The notes below the pieces were generated by a model. That model did no database searches. It had not been told where the DNA came from and was given only the letters and a program-made list of their open reading frames with translations. A DNA stretch of 64,000 bases from Myxococcota bacterium. Its GTDB lineage: Bacteria > Myxococcota_A > SURF-8 > G963663525. Where the stretch lies: NCBI GenBank assembly GCA_963676915.2, contig CAXXVK010000054.1:22452-86451 (forward strand). Direction: 5' to 3'. The translations under genes were made by a program, and so were the position numbers. Below are positions 16,063 to 26,040 of the stretch, piece after piece; position 1 is the first letter of the stretch; each line of letters starts with the position of its first letter.

Positions 16063-19000
16063 TTACGAATCAAGCACTTCTCGAAGCTTTCGCGACAGTT
16101 CTTTGGGACCATATGGTTTACCGATAAAGTGAATGCCTGAATCTAGGACGCCGTGATGAGCAATCACGTTTTCCGTGTATCCGGAGGTGAAAAGAACTTT
16201 AAGGTCCGGATTGAGCTGTTTGAGAGCTTCGGCCAGTTCTTTTCCGTTCATCTTTGGCATGACTACATCGGTGAGCAAAACATCTATGGTTCCTTCGTTG
16301 GTTTCAGCTACCTGTTTTCCCTCGATGCCATTTCGTGCTTCGAGAGGATTATAACCCAGGCGTTTCAGGATTTTCACCGCCATTTTTCGCACAATCGGTT
16401 CGTCCTCGACCACCAACACGGTTTCCGCACCTTTGGAAAAAACAACCGGTGTTTTTCCTATTTTTTCAGGTTGTTCGGTGTTTTTTTCTAGAATGGGAAG
16501 ATACAATTTGAAGGTCGTGCCTTCACCGATTTCCGAATAGACCTGTACGTGCCCTTTGTGTTGTTTGATAATCCCGATAACGGTGGACAACCCAAGACCG
16601 GAGTGGCTGCTTCGTGGTTTCGTAGAATAAAACGGTTCGAAAATCTTTGCCAAAGACTCTTGAGGGATGCCATGTCCGGTGTCGGTTATGGCCAAGAATA
16701 TGTATGTGCCCGGTTTTACTTCGAAATGACTGTCACAATAAGATTCGTCCAATGTGGTTTCGGCCGTTTCGATAAGTAATTTTCCTCCTTTGGGCATGGC
16801 GTCTCGTGCATTGATGGCGAGGTTTATTAACATTTGTTCCACTTGACTGGGATCGGCCTTGACCGAAGCGATGTTCTCCTGCAATTCCAAGGTCAAGATA
16901 ATATCTTCGCCGATGATACGCTTGATCATCTGCACCATGCTTCGTACGGATTCGTTAAGCTGCAAGGGTTTGGGTTTGATGATCTGTTTGCGACTGAAGG
17001 CAAGAAGCTGTTTGACGAGTTCCGCAGCCCGATTCGAAGCCTGTATGATTTCCGTGAACGTTTCGTACATCGGATCATCTGGGGGCGTTTCCATTTTCGC
17101 TAAAAGTATATTTCCGGAAATACCGGTCAGCAAGTTGTTGAAATCGTGAGCGATTCCCCCAGCTAGACGACCGATGGACTCCAATTTCTGAGTTTGCCTT
17201 AGTTGTTCCTCCAGCTTTTCCTTGTCGCCTTCAGCTTTTTTCAGTTCTGTGAGATCCAACACCACGCCTCCGATGGCGAGGATGTTTTTCTCTGAATCGA
17301 GAATCGGAAAATAGGAACCGAAACAGAAAATCGTTTGATCGTCCGATGTTTTGGCCAGGAAATCCAGGGTTTGAGAATGGCGGGTTTTCAGAACGGATTC
17401 TACGATTTTATCGTGATGGCGAATGGTATCGAAATTATCGAAGACTTCGTAAGAAAGTCCTACAATGTCTTCTATCTGTCTATGAAGAAGCCGCGCCAAC
17501 GTTTCGTTGACCGAAAGAAACTGCCCTTTGGGTTTGGCTTCGAAAATCACCAGTCCAACGGGGGAATAGTCGAAAAACGCCCGTAGACGAGCCTCGCTCG
17601 ATTGCAGAGCGTCTTTGGCTTTTTTTTGCTCGGTAATGTCGGAAATGTAACCTTCTAAAATGTCTGAAGATTCGGAATGAACTGAAACTCCTTGTTCGTG
17701 TACCCAACGAACGTCACCGGATTTGTTGATGATTCGATATTCCAACTCGAACCGTTGTTTTTTATGAATCCCTTCTTCGACGACATCCCACACTTTTTGT
17801 CTATCCTCGGGATGGACCAACTCTCCGAAAGATATTGTACGGTTGTCGATCAGATCTTCCTGGGAGTAGCCTGTTAACGACTCGCAGCCTTTGCTGACGA
17901 ATTCCATCGTCCAGTTTTGGTCTACACGGCAACGATAGGCTACGCCGGGGAGGTTATTGAACAGGGTTTTGAGCTTGCGTTTGTTTTCCCGTAACTCCTC
18001 TTCAGCTACTTTTCGTTCGGTAATGTCTCTCAGGTGTTCGATAACATTAACGATTTTTCCATTTTCGTTTAAAACCGGATAAGATCGTACATCCAGCCAT
18101 ATATTAAATTCGGGTACGAATTTTACCACTTTGGCTGGTTTTTTTGTTTTGTAAGTTTCTGAGGTTGCACATACTTCGCAAGGACGGTTTCTTCCGATCA
18201 GTTCGAAGCAGCGTTTCCCAATGACTCCTTCATGCGTTGTTTGAAGAAATGCGTATCCTGCTTCGTTGTAGCGAATGATTCGATGGTTTCGGTCCTGAAC
18301 TCCTATCACATCGGGAATGGCATTTAGGACGGATTCCAGCAGCCGACCGATTTCTTTTTCCCTCTCATTGCTCGCCAGTAGCTCTTCGTAGGCGGCTTTT
18401 CGTTCGGTAATATCTTCACCACTACTGAGAATCCCCGTTATTGTACCGTTGTCGTCCTTAAAAAAAGTATTGTGCCACGAAATGACCCGTTCTTCGCCAG
18501 AAGACGTGATAACGGGATTTTCGTAGGACTCAACCAACTCCCTATTTCCTTCGACCAGTTGGTTGAATACGTTGCGGACTTCTTCTTTGTTTTCGGAGGG
18601 AATACACAGGTCGAACCAATTCTGACCAATCAGTTCGTTGCTAGGATATCCTAGAATTTCACACGCTTTATTGTTTACGTGCTGAATTGTTTCGTCGGAT
18701 CGTAAAAAAACAAACATTACACTTGCCAGGTTGAAATATATTTCTGCTTTATTCTTGGCGGAAGTGACTTTTTCCTGCAGTAAAGTTCTTTCGGTTACAT
18801 CTCGGAAAACACAATAAAATTGTAAAAAATAATCGTCCGGTTTTTTGTAAAACCGCCCATCAAGCAAAACATTGCGCACGGTACCGTCCGAAGCGATCAA
18901 TTCCAGCTCGAAATCATGCACTTTGCCGTCTTTTTTAAACCTCGAATAATGGGTCTCGAATTCTTTTCGTGAGGCTTCTGATAACAACCGATCGATTCCT

Positions 19001-19662
19001 TGACCTATGACTTCTTCACGAGAGTAACCTGTCAACTCGGTCCACGTACGATTGACAGCCAGAATGGAGGCTTCTCCATCCAGCATGACAAACGGCAAGG
19101 GCGCTCTTTCAAAAACAGAGCGGAATTTTTCTTCACTTTCCCGTAGGGTTTCTTCGGTTTGTTTGAATGCGGTAATGTCTCGGCCCAAACCGACGATTTC
19201 TTTTAAATTATCGTTTTCATCGCATATCCCTCTTACAATCCACCGGAACCACCGCCATCCCGATGCGGTTTTAGCGCGTTCGACATGTTGGGTTTTGTGG
19301 GGTGGATCATGTAGAGTGCTTAACGAAGCTTCTACAATAGGACGATCCTCTTCGTGAATCAGTGGTTTGAATTCCGCTCCGATCAACTCTTCTTTTGTTT
19401 TTCCGAATGTTTTGCAGTAGGAAGGATTTACATATTTAAATCGGTGCTGGAGGTCTATATTTACAATAAGGTCGTCCTGGTTTTCCACCAGTATTCGATA
19501 AAAATCTTCGCTATCGTCTTTTTGTAATGGTTTGTATGAAACTGAAGACGTACTGCCGGTTTTAAGATCTTGAATTTTTTCGTTCAGGTCTTTGATTTCT
19601 TGCTGCGCAAGTGTCAGTTCGGCAATTAATTCGCTTTTATCCTTATCAACGATACTACTCAT
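16063..19662 (-). CDS. Cytoplasmic hybrid sensor histidine kinase (6 PAS-HisKA-HATPase-REC)
   Basis: Six PAS/PAC units, most ending DIT/DVT/DLT; GRLAGGIAHDFNNLL H-box; NLAINARDAM; DTGHG; GLGLS; REC motifs VVEDE/TDVVMP/KP. Confidence 0.93.
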   Translation of the reverse strand: MSSIVDKDKSELIAELTLAQQEIKDLNEKIQDLKTGSTSSVSYKPLQKDDSEDFYRILVENQDDLIVNIDLQHRFKYVNPSYCKTFGKTKEELIGAEFKPLIHEEDRPIVEASLSTLHDPPHKTQHVERAKTASGWRWFRWIVRGICDENDNLKEIVGLGRDITAFKQTEETLRESEEKFRSVFERAPLPFVMLDGEASILAVNRTWTELTGYSREEVIGQGIDRLLSEASRKEFETHYSRFKKDGKVHDFELELIASDGTVRNVLLDGRFYKKPDDYFLQFYCVFRDVTERTLLQEKVTSAKNKAEIYFNLASVMFVFLRSDETIQHVNNKACEILGYPSNELIGQNWFDLCIPSENKEEVRNVFNQLVEGNRELVESYENPVITSSGEERVISWHNTFFKDDNGTITGILSSGEDITERKAAYEELLASNEREKEIGRLLESVLNAIPDVIGVQDRNHRIIRYNEAGYAFLQTTHEGVIGKRCFELIGRNRPCEVCATSETYKTKKPAKVVKFVPEFNIWLDVRSYPVLNENGKIVNVIEHLRDITERKVAEEELRENKRKLKTLFNNLPGVAYRCRVDQNWTMEFVSKGCESLTGYSQEDLIDNRTISFGELVHPEDRQKVWDVVEEGIHKKQRFELEYRIINKSGDVRWVHEQGVSVHSESSDILEGYISDITEQKKAKDALQSSEARLRAFFDYSPVGLVIFEAKPKGQFLSVNETLARLLHRQIEDIVGLSYEVFDNFDTIRHHDKIVESVLKTRHSQTLDFLAKTSDDQTIFCFGSYFPILDSEKNILAIGGVVLDLTELKKAEGDKEKLEEQLRQTQKLESIGRLAGGIAHDFNNLLTGISGNILLAKMETPPDDPMYETFTEIIQASNRAAELVKQLLAFSRKQIIKPKPLQLNESVRSMVQMIKRIIGEDIILTLELQENIASVKADPSQVEQMLINLAINARDAMPKGGKLLIETAETTLDESYCDSHFEVKPGTYIFLAITDTGHGIPQESLAKIFEPFYSTKPRSSHSGLGLSTVIGIIKQHKGHVQVYSEIGEGTTFKLYLPILEKNTEQPEKIGKTPVVFSKGAETVLVVEDEPIVRKMAVKILKRLGYNPLEARNGIEGKQVAETNEGTIDVLLTDVVMPKMNGKELAEALKQLNPDLKVLFTSGYTENVIAHHGVLDSGIHFIGKPYGPKELSRKLREVLDS

Positions 19663-20115
19663 GATGCGCTAACCTTGAAGGTTTGAAAGGATGCATTTTC
19701 AAGGAAGTACAGTGTTGTTGTTCCCTTGATGTTTTTTCAAAATACCGTGTTTGCAAAGGGAGTTTCGCAAAGATGTTGATCGTGTGGATCACGCAAACAC
19801 GACGACTTAAAATTACCCACCGAATGAAGAGAAATCTGGGTAACGGAAGATAGAGGTATTTCAAATTTTGAATATTGTCTTTGTAACTTTGACAAGCTGA
19901 CATAACTTTGACCATAAATCAAGAGAAAGACACATGAATTTTTTGCAATATTTCGGGAAAATTCACATGCATTTTCTGGTTGTCTGCTTGACTCTCGGTT
20001 GAATCAGGATAAGATACTATCTTTCTCGCATGGGGGGGGCGGACTACTGTCCGTTCGTGAACCTGCGGGAATATTTGCCCTTTTTCTCATCTTTTTTTGG
20101 ATCGGTGTAATAACC

Positions 20116-22929
20116 ATGGAGTACCGCAACACAATCAGGCTACCGAAAACCAAGTTCAAGATGAAAGCCAGTCTGGCGCAACGCGAACCGGGATGGCTGA
20201 AGCAATGGGAGGAATCCAGGCTGTACGAGCGCATTATCGAGACGAACGTCGGACACGACAAGTTCGTCTTGCACGATGGTCCGCCGTATGCCAACGGAAA
20301 GATTCACTCCGGTACGGCACTCAATAAAATTCTCAAGGATTTCGTGATTAAATTCAAGAACATGAGCGGTCTTCGCTCCGAGTACGTACCCGGTTGGGAC
20401 TGCCATGGCCTGCCCATCGAATTGGCCACGCTCAAGCAGTTTGGTGATAAGAAAGATTTCACCAAAAGTGAACTGCGTGCTCAGTGCCGGAAATATGCCC
20501 ATAAATTCATTAACTTGCAGCGCGAGCAATTTCGTCGTCTAGGTGTTCTGGGAAACTGGGAAGATCCTTATCTGACCTTGACGCCCGGATACGAGGCCGC
20601 CATTGTCCGTGCTTTCGGCGATCTGGTGGACACTGGAAATCTTTACAAGGGTCGTAAACCCGTCTATTGGGATTGCGCCTTGGGTACGGCGTTGGCCGAG
20701 GCGGAAATCGCCTACAACGACCACCATCGTTCTCCTTCCGTTTACGTGGCGTTTCCGCTGAAAGGTTCGCTGGACGACCGCGTGCCAGAACTGAAAGAGT
20801 ACAAAACCCACGTTGTGATCTGGACCACCACCCCGTGGACGTTGCCCGCAAACCTGGGTATCAGTCTGCACCCGGATTACGAATATGTCGCCGTGACTAT
20901 CGACGACAGCAAGAACGCCTATATCATGGCGGATTACCTTCGTCCCGCCGTGGCGGATGCCTGTGGTTGGAACGAGACGAAAGTTTTGGCTACATTCTCA
21001 AGCAAGGTTCTGGAAGGTCGTTCGGCACGGCATCCGTGGATCGATCGCGATTCAGTGATTCTGTTTGGTGGTCATGTCACTCTCGATGCCGGTACAGGAT
21101 GTGTACACACGGCTCCCGGTCATGGTGCGGAAGACTACGTGATCGGACTGGAAAACGGTTTGGATATTTACTCTCCGGTCAACGCCGAAGGGCGTTTTGT
21201 GGAGGAAGTGGACCATTGGGCGGGTGAATTCGTCTTCGACGCCAACCCGAAAATCGTTCAGTTCATGCATGACGAGGGATACCTGCTCAATCCTCCCGAC
21301 CAGTTTGTGGAGCACAGCTATCCATACGGTGAACGTAGCGAAACCCCGGTGATTTTCCGTGCGACCGATCAATGGTTCTTGTCCATCGATAAAAACGGAT
21401 TGCGGCAGCGCGCACTGGAGGAAATCTCCAAAGTGCGGTGGATTCCTTCTTACGGTGAGGATCGCATTCGGGCGATGATGACCGACCGTCCCGACTGGTG
21501 TTTGAGTCGTCAGCGCTCCTGGGGCGTTCCGATTCCTGTGTTTTATTGCAAGGATTGCGGTGAAACGTTGCTGGATAAGGGATTGATTTCCCATTTCGCG
21601 GATCAGGTTGAAAAAGACACCACCGATATCTGGTTCAGCAAGGAAGCGTCTGAATTGTTGCCGGAAGGCACTCGTTGCCTCAAATGCGGAAGTGGAGAAT
21701 TCACGAAAGATACCAACATTTTGGACGTTTGGTTCGATTCCGGCGTAAGTTGGTCGGCGGTCTGTGAAAATGACGAGCGACTGGGAACTCCGGTGGATTT
21801 GTACCTGGAAGGCTCCGACCAGCACCGTGGCTGGTTCAACTCGTCGCTCGTGACCAGTGTGGCAACCCGCGATCAAGCCCCGTACCGTCAGGTATTGACC
21901 CACGGTTTCGTGGTGGATGGTCAGGGTAACAAGATGTCGAAACGGTTGGGGAATTTCATTCCGCCCGAAGATATCATCAACAAGCATGGAGCCGAAATCC
22001 TGCGTCTGTGGGTTGCCGCCGAAGACTACCGGATGGATATTCGTCTCAGTGACGAAATTCTGGCTCGGCTATCCGAAGCCTATCGGAAAATCCGTAATAC
22101 CGCTCGTTTCATGTTGGGGAACCTCGCTGATTTCGATCCCAACACCCAGCGGGTGCCGTTCGAGGAACTGCCGTTGCTCGAAAAGTGGGTGATGGCGAAA
22201 CTGTACGATCTCGTCGAACGTTGCCGACAGGCCTACGACAACTACGATTTCCATGTCGTCTATCATCGCAGTCTCGATTTCTGCACCACGGCGTTAAGCC
22301 AGTTTTACTTGGATATCCGCAAGGATACGCTGTACATCGAGGAAGCCGACGGATTGGCTCGGCGTGCCTGCCAGACCGTGATGTTCGATACATTGACGGC
22401 TCTGATTCGTGTGCTGGCTCCGATCACCGTGTTTACCAGCGAGGAAGTCTGGGGATTTTTGCCCGAGTTCGAAGGCAAAGCTTCTTCGGTGCATCTGGCG
22501 GACTTCCCCAAAGTGGACGAAACCTGGAAAAATGCAGAATTGACCGAACGTTTCGGGAAGCTGATCCAGGTGCGCGATGTCGTCCTGCGGGATCTGGAAG
22601 CCATGCGGCGGGATAAAATCATCGGTAGCAGCTTGGCGGCGAAGGTTCTGCTCTCGGCCACAGGCGACTGGAAAGCCGCGCTGGAAGACGAAAAAGACTG
22701 GCTCGACAAACTGTTCATCACCTCCGAAGTTCAATTGATGGACGACGTACCGGAAGGCTCCGATTGCGAAGAGATTCCGGGACTGAAAGTCCAGGTGCTC
22801 AAGGCCGAAGGTCAGAAATGCGAGCGATGTTGGACCTTTAGCACGCATGTCGGCGAGGACTCCGACTTCCCGGATATCTGCCCTCGCTGTGCTGCCGTAC
22901 TGCACGCTGAAGGCGTCGTGCCGGAATGA
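20116..22929 (+). CDS. ileS: Isoleucine--tRNA ligase (type 1)
   Basis: LHDGPPYANG-HSGT, GWDCHGLP, WTTTPWT, GTGCVHTAPGHG, EGSDQHRGWF, KMSKR and C-terminal CERCW...CPRC zinc finger. Confidence 0.98.
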   Translation: MEYRNTIRLPKTKFKMKASLAQREPGWLKQWEESRLYERIIETNVGHDKFVLHDGPPYANGKIHSGTALNKILKDFVIKFKNMSGLRSEYVPGWDCHGLPIELATLKQFGDKKDFTKSELRAQCRKYAHKFINLQREQFRRLGVLGNWEDPYLTLTPGYEAAIVRAFGDLVDTGNLYKGRKPVYWDCALGTALAEAEIAYNDHHRSPSVYVAFPLKGSLDDRVPELKEYKTHVVIWTTTPWTLPANLGISLHPDYEYVAVTIDDSKNAYIMADYLRPAVADACGWNETKVLATFSSKVLEGRSARHPWIDRDSVILFGGHVTLDAGTGCVHTAPGHGAEDYVIGLENGLDIYSPVNAEGRFVEEVDHWAGEFVFDANPKIVQFMHDEGYLLNPPDQFVEHSYPYGERSETPVIFRATDQWFLSIDKNGLRQRALEEISKVRWIPSYGEDRIRAMMTDRPDWCLSRQRSWGVPIPVFYCKDCGETLLDKGLISHFADQVEKDTTDIWFSKEASELLPEGTRCLKCGSGEFTKDTNILDVWFDSGVSWSAVCENDERLGTPVDLYLEGSDQHRGWFNSSLVTSVATRDQAPYRQVLTHGFVVDGQGNKMSKRLGNFIPPEDIINKHGAEILRLWVAAEDYRMDIRLSDEILARLSEAYRKIRNTARFMLGNLADFDPNTQRVPFEELPLLEKWVMAKLYDLVERCRQAYDNYDFHVVYHRSLDFCTTALSQFYLDIRKDTLYIEEADGLARRACQTVMFDTLTALIRVLAPITVFTSEEVWGFLPEFEGKASSVHLADFPKVDETWKNAELTERFGKLIQVRDVVLRDLEAMRRDKIIGSSLAAKVLLSATGDWKAALEDEKDWLDKLFITSEVQLMDDVPEGSDCEEIPGLKVQVLKAEGQKCERCWTFSTHVGEDSDFPDICPRCAAVLHAEGVVPE

Positions 22930-23042
22930 TCGACGTTTTATATGTCGCTTGATCCGAACCGATGCCAAACGGACCGATTTCGATGGCATGGTCCCGGTTT
23001 TCGGGATCATGCCTTTTTTGTAACTTCCCCGGAATTTCTCCG

Positions 23043-24734
23043 ATGAACGTCTTTCACCGTTCGTTTCCGCTGTACTTGATTTTCGTGATGATCACGGGAA
23101 TTTTTGCAGCGGTGCCGCTGTCGTCCGTCGAGGCAACGGCATTCAAAGATGATCGGATCGTTCTTTTGGGAAATATCGTAGAACCGGACGCAGACCTCTG
23201 GCGGGCTATCGGACCGACAGACCATCTCCCGCTCACGCAAGCCACAGCCAATTACGTGCGTCGCCGATTGCTTTTTTTCTACAAAGGCGCGGGATATTCC
23301 CTCGTCGAGATCAGCACGCAAATTCGGCATAACAGGATTTTTCTCGGTATCAACGAAGGTCGTTTGGAAAAAATCCTGTTTTTGGGAAAAAGCTATTTCC
23401 ATACGATGGTTTCCAAGCTGTGGTCGATTTACCTGCCGGGAAATGTGTACAACAAGTCGCGTGTGGAAGACATCCTTGCAGAATTGGACGAATTTTATCC
23501 CAGCAATACGTTCGAAGCCGTATTGGTTCCGACCAAGGAAACAGAGCACGAGGACTGGCAGCTCAGCAGCGCCGATATTCCAGAGGAAATCAACCTGGGG
23601 CGCGTAAAATTCATCGATCGGCTGGGTTTTGACCTCTTTTCGAAAATGGCCCGTTACGACCTGCATATCCAGCCTGTCGGTGGGAAAAAAGTGGGGCATC
23701 CCCGACCACATACCCGCATCGGTGGTGAAACGGCGTTGCCGTTCGGATTGATTCACTATGTTGCATATGGCGGCTCGCCGCTGTTCGAGGATGGCGATGA
23801 GTTCCTCGTGGGTTACGAGATGGGGCACAATGTATTGACCAGCATGAACACCGGTGACATGCAATTCCGGCTCGTGCATTTCAAAGTTTTTGGAAACTAC
23901 GGTACTCGCCGTTATTTCGATATGTTACAGCCGTTTTTCGAGTTGACCCTCAATTGCGACAACGACCAGCGCCGCGATCTTCCACTCGATAGTTTTTGGG
24001 ATATGACCGGTACGGCGACGGCCAACCTCGGCTTTTTCCCCTCGGAACATCTCAAGCTGTATGTCGGTGGCGGCACGGGGTTTCGGAATCTCTTTTCCAT
24101 CGATACCGTAAAAAAACGACCTTATCCCAACCAATCGTTTGTAAGAGAGCGGCATCTGTTTCGTCTCGGTGCGCTGATTGCCTTCGACGAACCCGATATC
24201 CTCCGTTCGGACAAGCACGGTTACGTGGATGCGACCTTCGAATCCTGGTTTGCCGAGCGCGACACCTACCACCGTTTCACAGGGAAAATCAAGAAGTTCT
24301 GGGAATTCGGCTATCACGATCTGTTACTCAAAGGCCGGATCATCATGACGATGGGCAACGCCGAATACTACGACGAAGTGCAACTGGCCGGTACGTATCT
24401 GCGCACCTTTCACGACGGCTGGTTTTTCATTGAGCACGCACAGCAACTTGGACTGGAATTCCGGTTTTCGTTGCTTCGGGATATCCTCAAAATCAGTGTG
24501 ATGCATGACGTGAGTGTGTTCGGCAGCATCAAGAGAACAGTAGGCGAATGGAACCCCATAACGGGAACATACCCGGTCGATGAACACGCCCACCTGAGCA
24601 TAGCCAACTCCATGGGGCCGGGCTTGCATTATTTACTCTTCAGCATGTTTCAATGGGATGGATACGCTACGGTTGGGTGGTCGGAACGAGGGTTTAGCTG
24701 GAACTACTGGGTCAATTTCGAAAAAGTGTTTTAA
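23043..24734 (+). CDS. POTRA-containing outer-membrane beta-barrel protein (Omp85/TpsB superfamily-like)
   Basis: Signal peptide; POTRA-like YKGAGYSL...INEGRLEKILFLG; beta-rich C-terminal region ending VNFEKVF. Confidence 0.6.
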   Translation: MNVFHRSFPLYLIFVMITGIFAAVPLSSVEATAFKDDRIVLLGNIVEPDADLWRAIGPTDHLPLTQATANYVRRRLLFFYKGAGYSLVEISTQIRHNRIFLGINEGRLEKILFLGKSYFHTMVSKLWSIYLPGNVYNKSRVEDILAELDEFYPSNTFEAVLVPTKETEHEDWQLSSADIPEEINLGRVKFIDRLGFDLFSKMARYDLHIQPVGGKKVGHPRPHTRIGGETALPFGLIHYVAYGGSPLFEDGDEFLVGYEMGHNVLTSMNTGDMQFRLVHFKVFGNYGTRRYFDMLQPFFELTLNCDNDQRRDLPLDSFWDMTGTATANLGFFPSEHLKLYVGGGTGFRNLFSIDTVKKRPYPNQSFVRERHLFRLGALIAFDEPDILRSDKHGYVDATFESWFAERDTYHRFTGKIKKFWEFGYHDLLLKGRIIMTMGNAEYYDEVQLAGTYLRTFHDGWFFIEHAQQLGLEFRFSLLRDILKISVMHDVSVFGSIKRTVGEWNPITGTYPVDEHAHLSIANSMGPGLHYLLFSMFQWDGYATVGWSERGFSWNYWVNFEKVF

Positions 24735-24759
24735 AGCAGAGTGGGTGACTCGAAGGAAC

Positions 24760-24908
24760 GATCGGTGCCATAGTCTCACGACATCCGAAGGATGGCGGGA
24801 GGCTGTGTTGAAATGACTCCAAGTTTGTTGCATGTGATTTATTGAATAATTGGCCCCCAAAGGCACACAGCCTCCCGAACTCCGTTCGTGAGACTATGGC
24901 ACACGATC
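24760..24908. repeat. Nested inverted-repeat element (candidate structured RNA or miniature element)
   Basis: Perfect 17-bp IR (24765-24781 / 24886-24902) enclosing a perfect 13-bp IR (24796-24808 / 24865-24877) and a CATCC-gaa-GGATG hairpin. Confidence 0.85.
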
Positions 24909-25106
24909 AAAAGCATTTATACTGGATTCCACAAATAGTATCCTGACGTCATTTCTTTCGTTTTTTCACCTTGTTCAATCATGTTTCAAGTGGTAAATAC
25001 CAATCTTTGCTGGAATTGGTGCGAGCCGATTCTTGGAGATGAAACGGTGTTTCGAAAACGACCTGCTCGGTAGTCGGTACGATCTTGAGGAAAAGGTAGG
25101 AAACTG

Positions 25107-26024
25107 ATGTCGAAAATAGCAACGACGGTATTGGACATGATCGGCAATACGCCTCTCGTTCACATCGACTGGGCCAATGGCTGTAATGTTTATGCCAAAG
25201 CCGAACATCTCAATCCCGGTGGCAGCGTCAAGGATCGTCCCGCCGCCTACATGATGAGAAAAGCCATCGAAAAAGGCGAACTGAAACGCGGTATGACCGT
25301 AGTGGAAGCGACCAGCGGCAATACGGGAATCGGCATTGCTCTGGCGGCTCGTCTTTTGGGATTCCCTACCAAAATCGTCATGCCCGAATCGATGAGCGAG
25401 GAACGCAAAAAGATTATCAAGGCTCTGGGAGCCGAATTGATTCTTACCCGTAAGGAAAATTCCATCTCCGGGGCTGTAGAGCGCCTGGACGCGATGATGC
25501 GGGAAGACGATTCTTTCTGGCGTGCCAACCAGTTCGAAAACCCGGACAATCCCGAAGTCCATTACAGAACCACCGGACCGGAAATCTGGGAGCAGATGGA
25601 AGGGAAGGTCGATGTCTTCGTTACCGGTATCGGATCTGGGGGAACCTGCCAGGGTGTCGGCGGTTTTTTGAAAGAAAAAAATCCGAACCTGCTGGTGGTT
25701 GCGGTGGAGCCGGAAGGGCATTCCGCGTTGCTGCAACAAGAACCGGGACTGCATACCTTCCACGAAATCCAGGGCATTGGTGACGGTTTCGTCCCCAACG
25801 TGCTGGATACCTCGCTCGTGGATGAAGTGATTACCGTATACGACAACGAAGCGATTCAAATCACTCGCGGATTGGCGCTGTCCCATGGCTTGCTCGTCGG
25901 AACCAGCGCGGGCGCGAATATCTTCGGTGCGATTCAGATGATCAAGAAACTCGGTCCCAAAGCTCGTGTTGTGACCTTGTTGCCCGACCGCGCCGAACGG
26001 TATTTTTCCACGTCACTGCTGTAG
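25107..26024 (+). CDS. cysK: Cysteine synthase (O-acetylserine sulfhydrylase)
   Basis: IGNTPLV, NPGGSVKDR (PLP lysine), ATSGNTG, GIGSGGT, IQGIG and DRAERYFST motifs. Confidence 0.93.
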   Translation: MSKIATTVLDMIGNTPLVHIDWANGCNVYAKAEHLNPGGSVKDRPAAYMMRKAIEKGELKRGMTVVEATSGNTGIGIALAARLLGFPTKIVMPESMSEERKKIIKALGAELILTRKENSISGAVERLDAMMREDDSFWRANQFENPDNPEVHYRTTGPEIWEQMEGKVDVFVTGIGSGGTCQGVGGFLKEKNPNLLVVAVEPEGHSALLQQEPGLHTFHEIQGIGDGFVPNVLDTSLVDEVITVYDNEAIQITRGLALSHGLLVGTSAGANIFGAIQMIKKLGPKARVVTLLPDRAERYFSTSLL

Positions 26025-26040
26025 CGGTAAATAGGTTTTT

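Noticed and set aside
20270-20330. IleRS HIGH motif reads HSGT (and KMSKS reads KMSKR), suggesting mupirocin resistance
   Set aside because: Such substitutions fall within normal variation and the enzyme is type 1 with the C-terminal zinc finger; no resistance claim can be supported
24975-25886. 303-aa ORF antisense to cysK; similar shadows lie opposite ileS, dctP, the POTRA gene and the NMO gene
   Set aside because: Shadow ORFs opposite well-supported genes
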